From Escherichia phage vB_EcoS_FFH_1: DNA of 64,000 nt. The number at the start of each line of letters is the position of its first letter. Position 1 is the first letter of the stretch. The notes beneath the pieces are model-generated. The model did no database searches. It worked only from the letters and a program-made list of their open reading frames with translations, and was not told the origin of the DNA. The translations under genes were made by a program, and so were the position numbers. Location: the sequence record KJ190157. One strand, written 5' to 3'. Shown in pieces: positions 54,677 to 64,000 of the stretch.

Positions 54677-56053
54677 TTAAGATGCAGCGTAAGCACCAGA
54701 TACAACACCATTACTAAAGTAACGTTGCAGGTTAACACGCTGAGTAACATAGTATGCATCACGCTGTTTACCAGCTTGACGCTCACGTTCAACAGTAACA
54801 GCACGCTGACGTGGCATTACGAAGTTATCTTTATAAACGATAACTGCGAACTCTTTATCAGCAGCTTTAGCTGGGAAGTACTCAGAAACTACAACCGGCA
54901 GACCGTAAATACGACCAACCTGACCCTGTAGTTTAACAGCATCATTACCAACCTGGGCAACATCCTGCCATTCTTCATCTTCCAGCAGATCGTAGTAAGC
55001 ATCCATAGATACGATCAGTACTAGTTTGCTCAATTTCAGACCATGACGGCCCAGTTTACGACGCAGTTTAGAGATAGTTTTAGCAGTTACCAGTACGGAA
55101 CCATCAGCTTTAGCTTCAGTAGTAACTTTAGCACTATCTTCACTAGCCAGAGTCAACAGACCTTTCGGCTGACCCGTACCATTACCAGTCATAAACGCTT
55201 CTTCGATAGAAACAGCATGTGCTTCGATCAGACGCTTACGCAGCAGAGGCAGCAGGGAGAAGATTGCATCTTCTTCAGTTTCGTCAGTGATGAAGGACTT
55301 AGCAGCCAGCTTGTAAGTTTTGAAGCTGATTTCAGTCAGGGCACCTTTAACTTCGTCACCAACAGTTTCGTCAGTACCAAATTTGGAAGCATCTACCCAA
55401 GTAGCTTTTCCAGCTTCTGGTTCAACGAGCATAGTAAGAATTTTGCTGGACATTGGCAGTTCATCGAACAGTGCACCAACTACTAATTCTTTCTGCAGAT
55501 CACGGATAATACGGGTGGAGAAGATAGTTTCGTATGCTTCGCTAGACATAGAAACGGAAGAAGAACCATTGACAGCCTTAACGTGGGCTTTACCATGTTC
55601 AGTTTCGAATACGTCCTTCTCCATCATATAAGACAGAAGAACTAGTTTTTCAACTTCATCTTCAAAAGCTTCCTGAGTACCGTATAGTGCTTTAGCTACG
55701 CTATCACCGACGAAGGAACGTCCTTCACGAGCTGCCAGCAGAGATTTGATTTCGTCCTGAAGACCAACAATAGTTTCCTGCTGCTTTTCTACAGTCTGTG
55801 CGAACAGTTCTGCACTCTTTTTAGATTTTTCATCCAGGGACTTAACCAGTTCCAGAGCTTCTTCTAGCTTCTGACGATCTTCGCCAACTGCTTTAGAAAC
55901 CAGATCATTCATACGAGCCAGTTCTTTTTCTTCCTGCTCTTTGCGCATACGTTCAGCTTCAGCAGCTTTCTGAGCAGCGGTCAGACCTTCCAGAGATTTA
56001 GCCAGATCACCCAGACCAAGTTCTTCTTTCAGCTTATTAATATCAATAGTCAT
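54677..56053 (-). CDS. major capsid protein with N-terminal scaffolding (delta) domain (pb8-like)
   Basis: 458 aa; first ~150 aa is a charged coiled coil (KLKEELGLGDLAKSLEGLTAAQKAAEAERMRKEQEEKE...), then globular domain; follows prohead protease gene; strong terminator downstream. Confidence 0.85.
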   Translation of the reverse strand: MTIDINKLKEELGLGDLAKSLEGLTAAQKAAEAERMRKEQEEKELARMNDLVSKAVGEDRQKLEEALELVKSLDEKSKKSAELFAQTVEKQQETIVGLQDEIKSLLAAREGRSFVGDSVAKALYGTQEAFEDEVEKLVLLSYMMEKDVFETEHGKAHVKAVNGSSSVSMSSEAYETIFSTRIIRDLQKELVVGALFDELPMSSKILTMLVEPEAGKATWVDASKFGTDETVGDEVKGALTEISFKTYKLAAKSFITDETEEDAIFSLLPLLRKRLIEAHAVSIEEAFMTGNGTGQPKGLLTLASEDSAKVTTEAKADGSVLVTAKTISKLRRKLGRHGLKLSKLVLIVSMDAYYDLLEDEEWQDVAQVGNDAVKLQGQVGRIYGLPVVVSEYFPAKAADKEFAVIVYKDNFVMPRQRAVTVERERQAGKQRDAYYVTQRVNLQRYFSNGVVSGAYAAS

Positions 56054-56070
56054 TTTTAAATAATTCTCCG

Positions 56071-56703
56071 TTATTCTTTAACGTAGCCTAAAGCTATCGC
56101 AAGTTTTTCTAGTTCAGAAAGATTACGTTCTTGAGCTGGGACAGCTTTAGAACTTATTGCAGTAAAAGATTTACGCCATTCAGTATAATCATGACCATTC
56201 ATGCTCTTAGCGAGATTGAACGTTGAGTCCTGATTACAAGGTACAGAAACTACCGAAACTTCGTATAGCTCTAAATCTTTAATAATAAATATATCAGTAG
56301 CTTCATCCCACTCTGCATCCAGGCAGCGGAATCCGATACTAAAAGTTTTCAGTACACCGTTTTTAATTAGTGAAAAGATAGCCGGGTCAGAACTTTCATA
56401 GATCTCGCATTCGATTTCGAGACCCATTTCAGTAGGGTTAAGATCAATACACTTACCGATTGGACGACGATGATCGTGTCCGAAAAGAATAATCGGGTTT
56501 TTCATATAGTTAGTAAGTGCATTAGATGTTTTCCATGCGGAAGCAGGGATTACATCGCCAGCGCGATCTTTACTAATTGTATTAGCGAATCCACGTATTT
56601 TTACAACGCCCTCTTTGGATTCACTATCAATAGATTTAATATAAGCATCTAAATGAACGGGTGCTGATTTTAACTTGTTATAGTCAATAGCAGCTTGTGT
56701 CAT
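56071..56703 (-). CDS. prohead maturation protease (pb11-like)
   Basis: 210 aa between portal/decoration genes and capsid gene. Confidence 0.65.
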   Translation of the reverse strand: MTQAAIDYNKLKSAPVHLDAYIKSIDSESKEGVVKIRGFANTISKDRAGDVIPASAWKTSNALTNYMKNPIILFGHDHRRPIGKCIDLNPTEMGLEIECEIYESSDPAIFSLIKNGVLKTFSIGFRCLDAEWDEATDIFIIKDLELYEVSVVSVPCNQDSTFNLAKSMNGHDYTEWRKSFTAISSKAVPAQERNLSELEKLAIALGYVKE

Positions 56704-56706
56704 TTA

Positions 56707-57201
56707 TTAGCCTCCAGGAACAGTAGGATTAACTGTCACAGCACATGCAGTAGAATCCTTACTTACTTGCTTACTATCTGTTACAGTTACTTTATAGGCT
56801 CCAGAATCCTCCGTAGCTGCTGCAGGCTTAGTATAGGTAGCTCCTGAAGCTTCCGGAATAGGAGAACCATCTTTAGTCCATGCATAAGTATATGGACTAG
56901 TACCACCAGTTGCAGTAACAGAAAGTGTTAATGCTGCTCCCTCTTCAACTGACATGCTAGTAGTTAAATCTTTAGAAAGAGTTAACGGTGGGGCCGGTGG
57001 AGCAGGAGGAACTGCTTTACCATAAGCCTCTACAAATTTCTTCCATACTTTACGGTTAGTATGCGCAGATGAAAGTCCTAGTTCTCTACGCAGAAAAGCA
57101 TAGCTAGGAACATATTTATGCGCAGCGACCGTAGCAAAGAAGATATGAGATTCTGGCAGTTTTTCACCAAAAATGGTCTTTAGACCATTATAATCAATCA
57201 T
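56707..57201 (-). CDS. capsid decoration protein with Ig-like domain (pb10-like)
   Basis: 164 aa; C-terminal Ig-like segment TLSVTATGGTSPYTYAWTKDGSPIPEASGATYTK...YKVTVTD. Confidence 0.6.
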   Translation of the reverse strand: MIDYNGLKTIFGEKLPESHIFFATVAAHKYVPSYAFLRRELGLSSAHTNRKVWKKFVEAYGKAVPPAPPAPPLTLSKDLTTSMSVEEGAALTLSVTATGGTSPYTYAWTKDGSPIPEASGATYTKPAAATEDSGAYKVTVTDSKQVSKDSTACAVTVNPTVPGG

Positions 57202-58415
57202 TCTTTATCTCCCTCGGTGGAACCTTGAGGTCTACCACCTTCTTGACCAGATACACCTGTTGCAGAACCAGCAACGTTAGCAGGAATACGAATCCTATCC
57301 ATCTGCTCATCATCTAAAGGTTCAAGGTTCAGCTCTAAACGAGCTTCGTTACCAGTCATAATACCATTATTAACCAATGAGGTTAAATGTTTAGCCTCAG
57401 CTTCTTTATCTGGTGTTAATGCAGCTACCTCCTTAGTATTAGGAGTAATCTTATAACCAAAAAAGAAAGTAAGAGAACTAGTCAGTTTGTTCAGCATAGG
57501 AATGATAGTCATATAATAGAACAATTCGATGTTTGGTCGAATATTCGCATTATTACCACCATCAAGCAGTACTTGCGGAACTCCAAAGGCTAGACAAATA
57601 GATTTATTAAATCCTTCGATGTCTTCCTTAAAGTCTAGATCTTTAAAAGAGGATATTTGGGAGTACGGTTTAGCTTTCATACCACCATCTAGAATCAGGA
57701 CAGAAGACTGACCAGTACTAGGATTATAATCGAGTTGTAATTCTTCTTGTTTACGCTCACGCAATTTCTTGTTCAGGATTTCATCCGTTTCAAGAATAAG
57801 ACCAATCACGGTTCCATTATCTAGGAATTTCTCTTTAAAGTTAAGCATCTTAGAACGCTTCTCAAGAGAATCAATAACAGTAGCAACACGAGATTGTCCA
57901 GAAATTTGAGAGTTTGTGCCGCACACGTAACTGTTATCCTTTATAAAGATAATCTCATCTACGCGATAGTCTATCTGATTATTAAATATAAATTTTTTGA
58001 TAAACTTATTGGCATCTGCCTCGACCTGCATAAGAGCAGCCGGGACATGGTAAAGCGATGTGCCATCCCAATAGATGTATGCACAACCTTCAAAAAGTAG
58101 GTCAGTGACTACAAGTCTACGGAATGTGCTTATATCCATGAATGGATTAGGTCGTACATTTAAGAGAGTGTCTAGAGTCTTTGTTTTGACGCCATTAGCG
58201 TACGTAACAATATTATATTTATCTCCGACAGTATAAGAACACTCCGCCGCACTATCTATAACCATATTGGCAGTTCGATTGAGAATCTCAATCTTGCTAT
58301 AGGCTTGTCCAGTGGTAAAAGGCTTACGGTTAGTGCGATGACTAACTGGTTCCATGTCTCTTATAATACGTTGACCCGGATTTAACTTTTCAGTAATCCA
58401 GCTTTTTAAACCCAT
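57198..58415 (-). CDS. portal protein (pb7-like)
   Basis: 405 aa downstream of terminase/HNH; overlaps neighbours (TAATG, ATGA). Confidence 0.75.
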   Translation of the reverse strand: MGLKSWITEKLNPGQRIIRDMEPVSHRTNRKPFTTGQAYSKIEILNRTANMVIDSAAECSYTVGDKYNIVTYANGVKTKTLDTLLNVRPNPFMDISTFRRLVVTDLLFEGCAYIYWDGTSLYHVPAALMQVEADANKFIKKFIFNNQIDYRVDEIIFIKDNSYVCGTNSQISGQSRVATVIDSLEKRSKMLNFKEKFLDNGTVIGLILETDEILNKKLRERKQEELQLDYNPSTGQSSVLILDGGMKAKPYSQISSFKDLDFKEDIEGFNKSICLAFGVPQVLLDGGNNANIRPNIELFYYMTIIPMLNKLTSSLTFFFGYKITPNTKEVAALTPDKEAEAKHLTSLVNNGIMTGNEARLELNLEPLDDEQMDRIRIPANVAGSATGVSGQEGGRPQGSTEGDKE

Positions 58416-58852
58416 TATAAGAACCTTGCGAATCCTGATTTTATTTCAGTCTTGACTTGTGTCTTTTCTTGAGGATTCTGTAATTTGTCTTTCTGCTTTT
58501 GAACCCACACTTTTTGCTTATTAGCAGAAAATAAAGGAGGTTCTTTTGTGTAAACCTTATGTAATAATTGGTGATGGTGTACACAAAGGGTAACAGTGTC
58601 TTCTACTAGCTCATGCCTATATCGATCATAGAATGCCGTCCTATTTGAAAGGACTATTTCTTCGTCAGTGAAATCCAATTGGAGTTCTTTAGCAAATTTT
58701 TTAACTAGTAGAGACACCGTATGGTAATGATGAAGCTCTAATTCTTCAGCACAACCGCAGATAGCACATTGAGAGTCTTTTTTATATTGACTTTTTATTC
58801 CGTCTCTCATAAGGGATATAGCATCGCGTTTATATTTTATATTGCTTGCCAT
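58415..58852 (-). CDS. HNH endonuclease (terminase-associated type)
   Basis: Cys/His-rich HNH-like motifs CAICGCAEELELHHYH ... LCVHHHQLLH; start at ATG 58852 with GAGGAG SD (ORF track extends to 58939). Confidence 0.7.
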   Translation of the reverse strand: MASNIKYKRDAISLMRDGIKSQYKKDSQCAICGCAEELELHHYHTVSLLVKKFAKELQLDFTDEEIVLSNRTAFYDRYRHELVEDTVTLCVHHHQLLHKVYTKEPPLFSANKQKVWVQKQKDKLQNPQEKTQVKTEIKSGFARFL

Positions 58853-58966
58853 AGTGTTCTCCTCAACTGTATGAATATAGTATACATAATCGTATCGAAT
58901 TTGTAAAGGGGATTTTAAAATACAGGAATGGGATACCAACTGAGTAGTATCCCATCCTATACTTAT

Positions 58967-60283
58967 TTATTTACCACGGGAAATAGAATAAATTCCATAG
59001 CGGAGCGCATCACAAAGGTGAGAGTTAGCATCATGACGTGGTTTTTCACGTGATAATTTCTCTTCACCTTCTTGGAAATCCCACTTATAGTTCTGCAGTG
59101 CATGGATTAAGGAGGAACATGAGGCATCCACAATAATCTTACCCTGCTGGAATAGCGCTTGTAGGCATGCTAGACCATCCAGGACAGATTTTTTAGCTGG
59201 AGCTGATGCAATTTCATGCTCATAAGCTAAATCCTGGCGGAACTGAGCAGCGGCAGAGTCAACAAAAATACGATCAACTTTATAACGATCTATACAGTGC
59301 TGAATATAAGCAGCATGCTGAGCTGTGGTTTTCTCCGCCTGCTGGTACTCTTCTAATACATAGTAAGTATCCGTATCATAGTGATATTTAATAGTAAGAA
59401 CTGCTGTAGGATCACGATAACCAACGTCAATACCAAGCAATGTTTCGAATGCTTCATCATCTTTAAAGAAGTGACGCATACCTTTGAGGTCTTTAACATG
59501 ATCAATAGCATTAAAGGTATCAAAGATCTGGCCTTCGAATACAGAGAAGTCAGCCTCGTATTCCTGGCGGAAATAGTTTTTACTAACCGTACGACGTGCT
59601 TCCTCAATGTCATTCAAATCAGCACGCGGGTTATCACGATATGTACCATGAATAGACACCCAATTAGGCAACGTATCATCAAATCCGTAGGCGTAAAACT
59701 CTTTAAACCAGTTACCTCCACGAGGGGTGGAAATAAATAGAGCCTTAGAATTAGGTTTATCTAGGGTAGGACGCAGCTGAACCCTGAAGGCATCACCACC
59801 CACATCGGAAATTGCCGCCTCGTCAAAGATGATAAAATCATATGAACGTCCAACCGCGGAGTCAGCCTGAGCCGCGGAAGCTAGTTTAAATAGAGAACCA
59901 TTAGCTAACTCAATCTCTTTATCTTTAGCGTTTTCACGTTCGGTTTGTAGGCCGTACTTCTTAATAAGACCACGAATCTGAGACCATCCGATATTAGCTA
60001 GTGAATAGTTAGGGGCAACTACTAGCACCTTCACATTAGGTTCCAGCAATTTTAGGAACCCAAGTGTATACGCTATAAAAGATTTACCTACACGGCGTGA
60101 TACACACGCCGTTACAAAACGATGTCTAGGGTCTTCTAGGGCATTGATAATTGCTATTTGAGGGCCATTAGGCGTGATACCTTCTTGCGCTAGTATTCCG
60201 GAAACTGGTAAACGAAAGAAACGCTTATCTATTCCGAAATCAATAACATCTACTGTGTTAACATAGGGTCTTGATACTTCCAT
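58967..60283 (-). CDS. terminase large subunit
   Basis: 438 aa; Walker A SRRVGKSF, Walker B FIIFDEAA, C-terminal nuclease-like acidic residues. Confidence 0.9.
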   Translation of the reverse strand: MEVSRPYVNTVDVIDFGIDKRFFRLPVSGILAQEGITPNGPQIAIINALEDPRHRFVTACVSRRVGKSFIAYTLGFLKLLEPNVKVLVVAPNYSLANIGWSQIRGLIKKYGLQTERENAKDKEIELANGSLFKLASAAQADSAVGRSYDFIIFDEAAISDVGGDAFRVQLRPTLDKPNSKALFISTPRGGNWFKEFYAYGFDDTLPNWVSIHGTYRDNPRADLNDIEEARRTVSKNYFRQEYEADFSVFEGQIFDTFNAIDHVKDLKGMRHFFKDDEAFETLLGIDVGYRDPTAVLTIKYHYDTDTYYVLEEYQQAEKTTAQHAAYIQHCIDRYKVDRIFVDSAAAQFRQDLAYEHEIASAPAKKSVLDGLACLQALFQQGKIIVDASCSSLIHALQNYKWDFQEGEEKLSREKPRHDANSHLCDALRYGIYSISRGK

Positions 60284-60765
60284 TACTTCTTACCTCCAGT
60301 AGCTAGGGAAGTAATTAAATCCATGTAGTTTTGATCCCCAGCTCCAGCAATAATGTTATTCTGGATATTAGTCTGATTAGCAGGAGCTCGAACGGCAGCT
60401 TTAGCTTTTTCTAACTCTACCATCATCTTCATTTCTTCCATCTTCATTTTGTGTGCTTTCCAGAGAATATCCATAATATCTTGGTCAGAACCCATGCCGG
60501 TTTCTTCCAGTTCCTCTAGTTTACGCTTGATAACTTCATCCAGAACACCAAATAAACGATCCCTATTACGGAAACCACTCTCCATAAAAATATCATTTAA
60601 GTAGTTCTTAACTTCACTACGATTCATAATATCTCGGAAAGCAATTTCGGACATTCCAAGACTACGTGCGGCAGAAGGCACATCGCTGCCGCACTGTAAA
60701 TAAGCTTCAATTACATCCATCCCTTCAGGGGACATAAGATCTGGTACTAATACATCATTTGCCAT
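60283..60765 (-). CDS. terminase small subunit (putative)
   Basis: 160 aa directly upstream of and overlapping the large subunit gene; N-terminal HTH-like [17 protein letters not shown]. Confidence 0.55.
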   Translation of the reverse strand: MANDVLVPDLMSPEGMDVIEAYLQCGSDVPSAARSLGMSEIAFRDIMNRSEVKNYLNDIFMESGFRNRDRLFGVLDEVIKRKLEELEETGMGSDQDIMDILWKAHKMKMEEMKMMVELEKAKAAVRAPANQTNIQNNIIAGAGDQNYMDLITSLATGGKK

Positions 60766-60775
60766 ATTTCCTCCT

Positions 60776-62698
60776 TTAGGTAAGGCGTTGAATTATAAGT
60801 TTAATATTTGGTAAGCATGCTTTCATGCCAATTATATTGCTCATAGAGGATTCTAACCAAATAGAGATATTATTATTTCCATCATTTCTCATATAGTATG
60901 TTAGAGTATAGTAACCCGTTTGACCTACGGATCCTGGCAACCCAGATACCCAGTACGGAGTTGGAGTATACCCAGCAGCCTGTAATTTACAAGCATTTAC
61001 TACAGTACCTTTAATAGTAAAAAATGGTACATATTCTCCTGCAGGTAGGGACAATATTTGGTGAAGTTTTTTATCAATAGTATTGCCACCCATTCTAAAC
61101 CTACTATCGCCATATTCAGCGCCTTTAGATAGCATTTCCGTAGGATTAAAGCAGCCAATACCTCCTGCAGACAACCATGTGTCATCTAGGAACTCCATAG
61201 TACATACAATTGCACCATTTCTGCTACTATTAAGATCTAGTCCCACGGTACCAACATGCACGGAACCATTACCCTGAAATACTATGTTACCAGATAGTAC
61301 AGTACTTCCGCTACCACCTAGAAGTCTTAAAGGTAGAAGATTTTCACTCCAAACGTCCCCATAATTACTCCCTATTTTTGGAGGATTACTAGAAACATAC
61401 CAAGATGCTGAAGGTAAAAAGTTATAAATACTAACTACATTAGTATTTAAACCACCAACGTTACCACCCTTAATACTTGGTGCGTTATTGCTTTCTGTGG
61501 TTGGTAGTCCAAATGTTGCTATGCCAGAGATCCCAGTAGAGGGGCCACCCATACTCAAGTTACACCCAACATCACGAAAATCAGCTCTGCTCCCTACATT
61601 AAAGTTTTTCTCAACAAAGTTGATAAACTTCCAAGATGTATTATTAACGTTAATACCTTTAATAATAAATTCAGTGGGGCTTAATTTTATATCATTACCT
61701 GTAAATAATCCAGCATCAATACTATAACCTGAACCATTATACACTAAGTTAGTAACATACCAGGTAATTTTAGATGGATAAATACCGAGGTGCTCACTAT
61801 ATATACCTATGGGCCCATTAGCAGCATCATTCGGATCACCCATACTTTCCCAATACGCATAGTTAGTGGGATCAGCACGTGCGAAACCTACAGAGTACTT
61901 AGGAGCCGAGGGATTGCTAGGATTAGACATAAAGTTAAGAGCCCCTGAACTCGACGCCCCATGTACAGCTCCAGCAGTGGTGTAGTTGGGCCCTTCCATA
62001 CCATAAAGAACTCTATTACAAGACCTACCACGAACATATATGGCGTTAAATCCAAAGTTTCTAGCTCCTGGATGCCTAACGTAGTCGCTAGGGATAGTTA
62101 GAGTTCCTGAATCCGGCACTACATATCCTGAACCATCCCAGGCAGATTTGTAAAGAGCGGCACCGCCTAAGTACATTGCACTAGATGCAAATCCTCTACG
62201 CCCACTAAAGGCTCCAAACATATGCTGACATCCAGTACCATCTCTAAGCTTCTGGGGGATCGTACCGCTAGTACCACTATTAAAATAGCCTACATCAAGA
62301 GATAGATCAGCACTAGCTGTTATTTGTGTTTTTAAACCACCTTGAGACATGACCTGCGGATTTATAATTCCATACGCTTTAGCTCCTACCCCCATAGACA
62401 TGCCAGATAGCATATGTCTAGAGCCATCTGAGAACTCAATTTCTGTTAGCACAACTCTATTGGGGTCATTATTATGTAGCTGTGTAATTCTACTAGGCAT
62501 CTCAGACCAGTAATAGTCACCAGCACCCTGATCCAACCTTAACCCAGTAGAATGAGTTTCCGTTATAATTACGTGCGGCATATCTGAGTGAAAGATGGTT
62601 TGGGAATCAGGGTTGATATGTTGGTTAGTATCCCCACCACTACCCCTTCGCAGTGAGAGTATAGATTTGTTATTTAGCTTACCAGCGAAAAAACTCAT
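60776..62698 (-). CDS. oad: receptor-binding tail protein (pb5-like)
   Basis: 640 aa, Gly/Ser/Asn-rich; first gene of the minus-strand late block, divergent from lipoprotein gene; size equals T5 pb5 from memory. Confidence 0.65.
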   Translation of the reverse strand: MSFFAGKLNNKSILSLRRGSGGDTNQHINPDSQTIFHSDMPHVIITETHSTGLRLDQGAGDYYWSEMPSRITQLHNNDPNRVVLTEIEFSDGSRHMLSGMSMGVGAKAYGIINPQVMSQGGLKTQITASADLSLDVGYFNSGTSGTIPQKLRDGTGCQHMFGAFSGRRGFASSAMYLGGAALYKSAWDGSGYVVPDSGTLTIPSDYVRHPGARNFGFNAIYVRGRSCNRVLYGMEGPNYTTAGAVHGASSSGALNFMSNPSNPSAPKYSVGFARADPTNYAYWESMGDPNDAANGPIGIYSEHLGIYPSKITWYVTNLVYNGSGYSIDAGLFTGNDIKLSPTEFIIKGINVNNTSWKFINFVEKNFNVGSRADFRDVGCNLSMGGPSTGISGIATFGLPTTESNNAPSIKGGNVGGLNTNVVSIYNFLPSASWYVSSNPPKIGSNYGDVWSENLLPLRLLGGSGSTVLSGNIVFQGNGSVHVGTVGLDLNSSRNGAIVCTMEFLDDTWLSAGGIGCFNPTEMLSKGAEYGDSRFRMGGNTIDKKLHQILSLPAGEYVPFFTIKGTVVNACKLQAAGYTPTPYWVSGLPGSVGQTGYYTLTYYMRNDGNNNISIWLESSMSNIIGMKACLPNIKLIIQRLT

Positions 62699-62717
62699 AA
62701 GTTCTCCAAAAATTTAG

Positions 62718-62746
62718 TTGCTTATACTGCCATAATTCTGTATAAT
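62718..62746 (+). promoter_or_regulatory. early promoter TTGCTT-N17-TATAAT for llp
   Basis: -35 62718-62723, -10 62741-62746, downstream TATTATAAATT box. Confidence 0.6.
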
Positions 62747-62777
62747 AGTATTATAAATTAAATAGAGGAGAATGTAA

Positions 62778-63011
62778 ATGAAAAAATTATTTTTAGCTCT
62801 GGCAGTGGTAATTCTTTCGGCTTGCTCTACTTTTGGGCCTAAAGATATTAAATGTGAGGCCTACTATATGCAGGATCATGTGAAATATAAGGCCAATGTT
62901 TTTGATAGGAAAGGGGATATGTTTCTGGTGTCACCAATCATGGCCTATGGATCTTTCTGGGCTCCAGTAAGCTACTTTACCGAGGGGAATACATGTGAAG
63001 GAGTTTTCTGA
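62778..63011 (+). CDS. llp: lytic-conversion lipoprotein (Llp-like), predicted receptor-blocking
   Basis: 77 aa; signal peptide with lipobox MKKLFLALAVVILSAC; TTGCTT-N17-TATAAT promoter and AGGAG SD; adjacent and divergent to receptor-binding protein gene. Confidence 0.75.
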   Translation: MKKLFLALAVVILSACSTFGPKDIKCEAYYMQDHVKYKANVFDRKGDMFLVSPIMAYGSFWAPVSYFTEGNTCEGVF

Positions 63012-63165
63012 GGAGAATCCCTCCCATAAACCCATACCACTTAGGGTGGATCCTAGGTCAAAACTAGTTCACAATGCAATTGAGGTCATTCAGAACACCA
63101 TATAAGATAAAATGTTATGACTCGTGCAATTGCTAGAATATTTCAAAAATCACAATTATAGGAGC

Positions 63166-63303
63166 ATGAAAGATATGTCAAACAAAAGAAAGAGCAGACG
63201 CGGAGAAGTGTACGAAGAGTGGATTAATATTTACGGATTTGGTTTTGTATTATTCCTAATCTTCGTAGGTTTTTGGTTAGCAGCTATGGCGGGGTGGATT
63301 TAA
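63166..63303 (+). CDS. small membrane protein (45 aa)
   Basis: Not in ORF track (too short); AGGAG SD; basic N-terminus then hydrophobic helix FGFVLFLIFVGFWLAAMAGW. Confidence 0.35.
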   Translation: MKDMSNKRKSRRGEVYEEWINIYGFGFVLFLIFVGFWLAAMAGWI

Positions 63304-63410
63304 TGGAATGGGTAATTATTGCATTACTAGGGATTGTGATTGTTGGGCAATGTATCTTAGATAATCACTTAGCTAGAATCGAAACCTTACTATCGGAGAA
63401 ATGTAAATGA
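63303..63410 (+). CDS. small membrane protein (35 aa)
   Basis: Not in ORF track; ATG overlaps upstream stop (TAATG); hydrophobic helix WVIIALLGIVIVGQCIL. Confidence 0.35.
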   Translation: MEWVIIALLGIVIVGQCILDNHLARIETLLSEKCK

Positions 63411-63598
63411 TGGAAGTAGTAGCTACACTAATAGTAATACTAGTCTGGGCAACTTTCATTGTTTCTTATAACGCGTATGTTCGCCTAAAAACTCTAGAGG
63501 CTCAGGTAAAACAACAATTTGCTCTAGAAAAATTAGTAGAACTCCAACGTTGTGATAGTACCCGTATTCTGCAAATTGAGAGGGAATTAGATGTTTAG
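63407..63598 (+). CDS. small membrane protein (63 aa)
   Basis: ATGA overlap with upstream gene; N-terminal TM helix VVATLIVILVWATFIVSY then amphipathic helix. Confidence 0.4.
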   Translation: MMEVVATLIVILVWATFIVSYNAYVRLKTLEAQVKQQFALEKLVELQRCDSTRILQIERELDV

Positions 63599-63836
63599 TA
63601 TTATAATTGCTTTTATTATCGGGGTACTTGCGGGAATTTTCGGAATGACCGCGGCAATCAACAAGCATCGTAAATATATTGTGGAAGTATCGCGGGAGAT
63701 TGCGGAAAGGGAGCGGAAGTTTGACGAGAAACGTGAGAAGTTTGAGCGGGAGTGGTCAGATGGATCTCGGGCGTCGCGGAAGAGATTTCGTGAGTTTAGA
63801 CCCGAACACCGGTTTGATGACCCTTCTATGCGCTAA
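63591..63836 (+). CDS. small membrane protein with charged C-terminal domain (81 aa)
   Basis: Overlaps upstream gene by 8 nt; N-terminal TM helix FSIIIAFIIGVLAGIFGMTAAI, Arg/Glu-rich tail. Confidence 0.4.
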   Translation: MFSIIIAFIIGVLAGIFGMTAAINKHRKYIVEVSREIAERERKFDEKREKFEREWSDGSRASRKRFREFRPEHRFDDPSMR

Positions 63837-64000
63837 TTAACTTTTTGCCAAATTTCATAAGATTACACATGAGGATGTGCTCACTGCCTCCGGCGAAAAT
63901 ACTTAGTCTGCTAACCGCCACCCCTGTTACTATTACCATGCTAACTGTTTCACCCTGCAACCATTTTAATTGCAAGGTGAAACAATTTCAACTTTAATTA

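Noticed and set aside
1-64000. CRISPR arrays, integrase/attachment sites, transposase/IS elements, introns or inteins in nrdA, nrdD, polymerase or terminase.
   Set aside because: No spacer-repeat periodicity, no recombinase-like ORF, and the large conserved genes read as continuous ORFs with motifs in normal order; the only mobile-element-like genes are the two HNH endonucleases.

Overview
This 64 kb window reads as a contiguous segment of a T5-like virulent siphophage genome (Demerecviridae-type); I cannot exclude that it is T5 itself. Layout: (i) 0-8.2 kb, minus strand: nucleotide-metabolism operon (RNase H, thymidylate synthase, DHFR, class I RNR nrdB/nrdA with a free-standing HNH-AP2 endonuclease between them, PhoH). 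(ii) 8.5-35.3 kb, plus strand: anaerobic RNR NrdD, an accessory island (Zn-less Sir2-like protein, HAD-like hydrolase, tandem paralog pair), a ~600 bp ORF-free region, then the replication/recombination module (929-aa P-loop ATPase, split NAD-dependent ligase, DnaB-like helicase, primase, 855-aa family A polymerase, SF2 helicase, SbcD/SbcC-like pair, flap endonuclease, dUTPase). (iii) 35.4-62.7 kb, minus strand: late module (two tail-fibre genes, baseplate/tip proteins, tape measure, tail tube, major capsid with N-terminal scaffold domain, prohead protease, decoration protein, portal, HNH, terminase, receptor-binding protein). (iv) 62.7-63.9 kb, plus strand: lipoprotein gene divergent from the receptor-binding protein gene, then four overlapping small membrane-protein genes. 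Early genes carry a repeated promoter family (TTGCTT-N17-TATAAT plus a downstream ATAAATTTGAGAGAGGAG-like box) that closely matches my memory of the T5 PN25 promoter; several intrinsic terminators are visible. Most interesting: the Sir2/HAD/paralog island, the ORF-free promoter-bearing region at 13.6-14.2 kb, the two HNH endonuclease insertions, a recurring hairpin plus 20-mer before late genes, and the small membrane-protein cluster. All calls rest on reading the sequence and ORF translations by eye; no database search or alignment was run, so family assignments are motif-based and T5 gene names/sizes are from memory.
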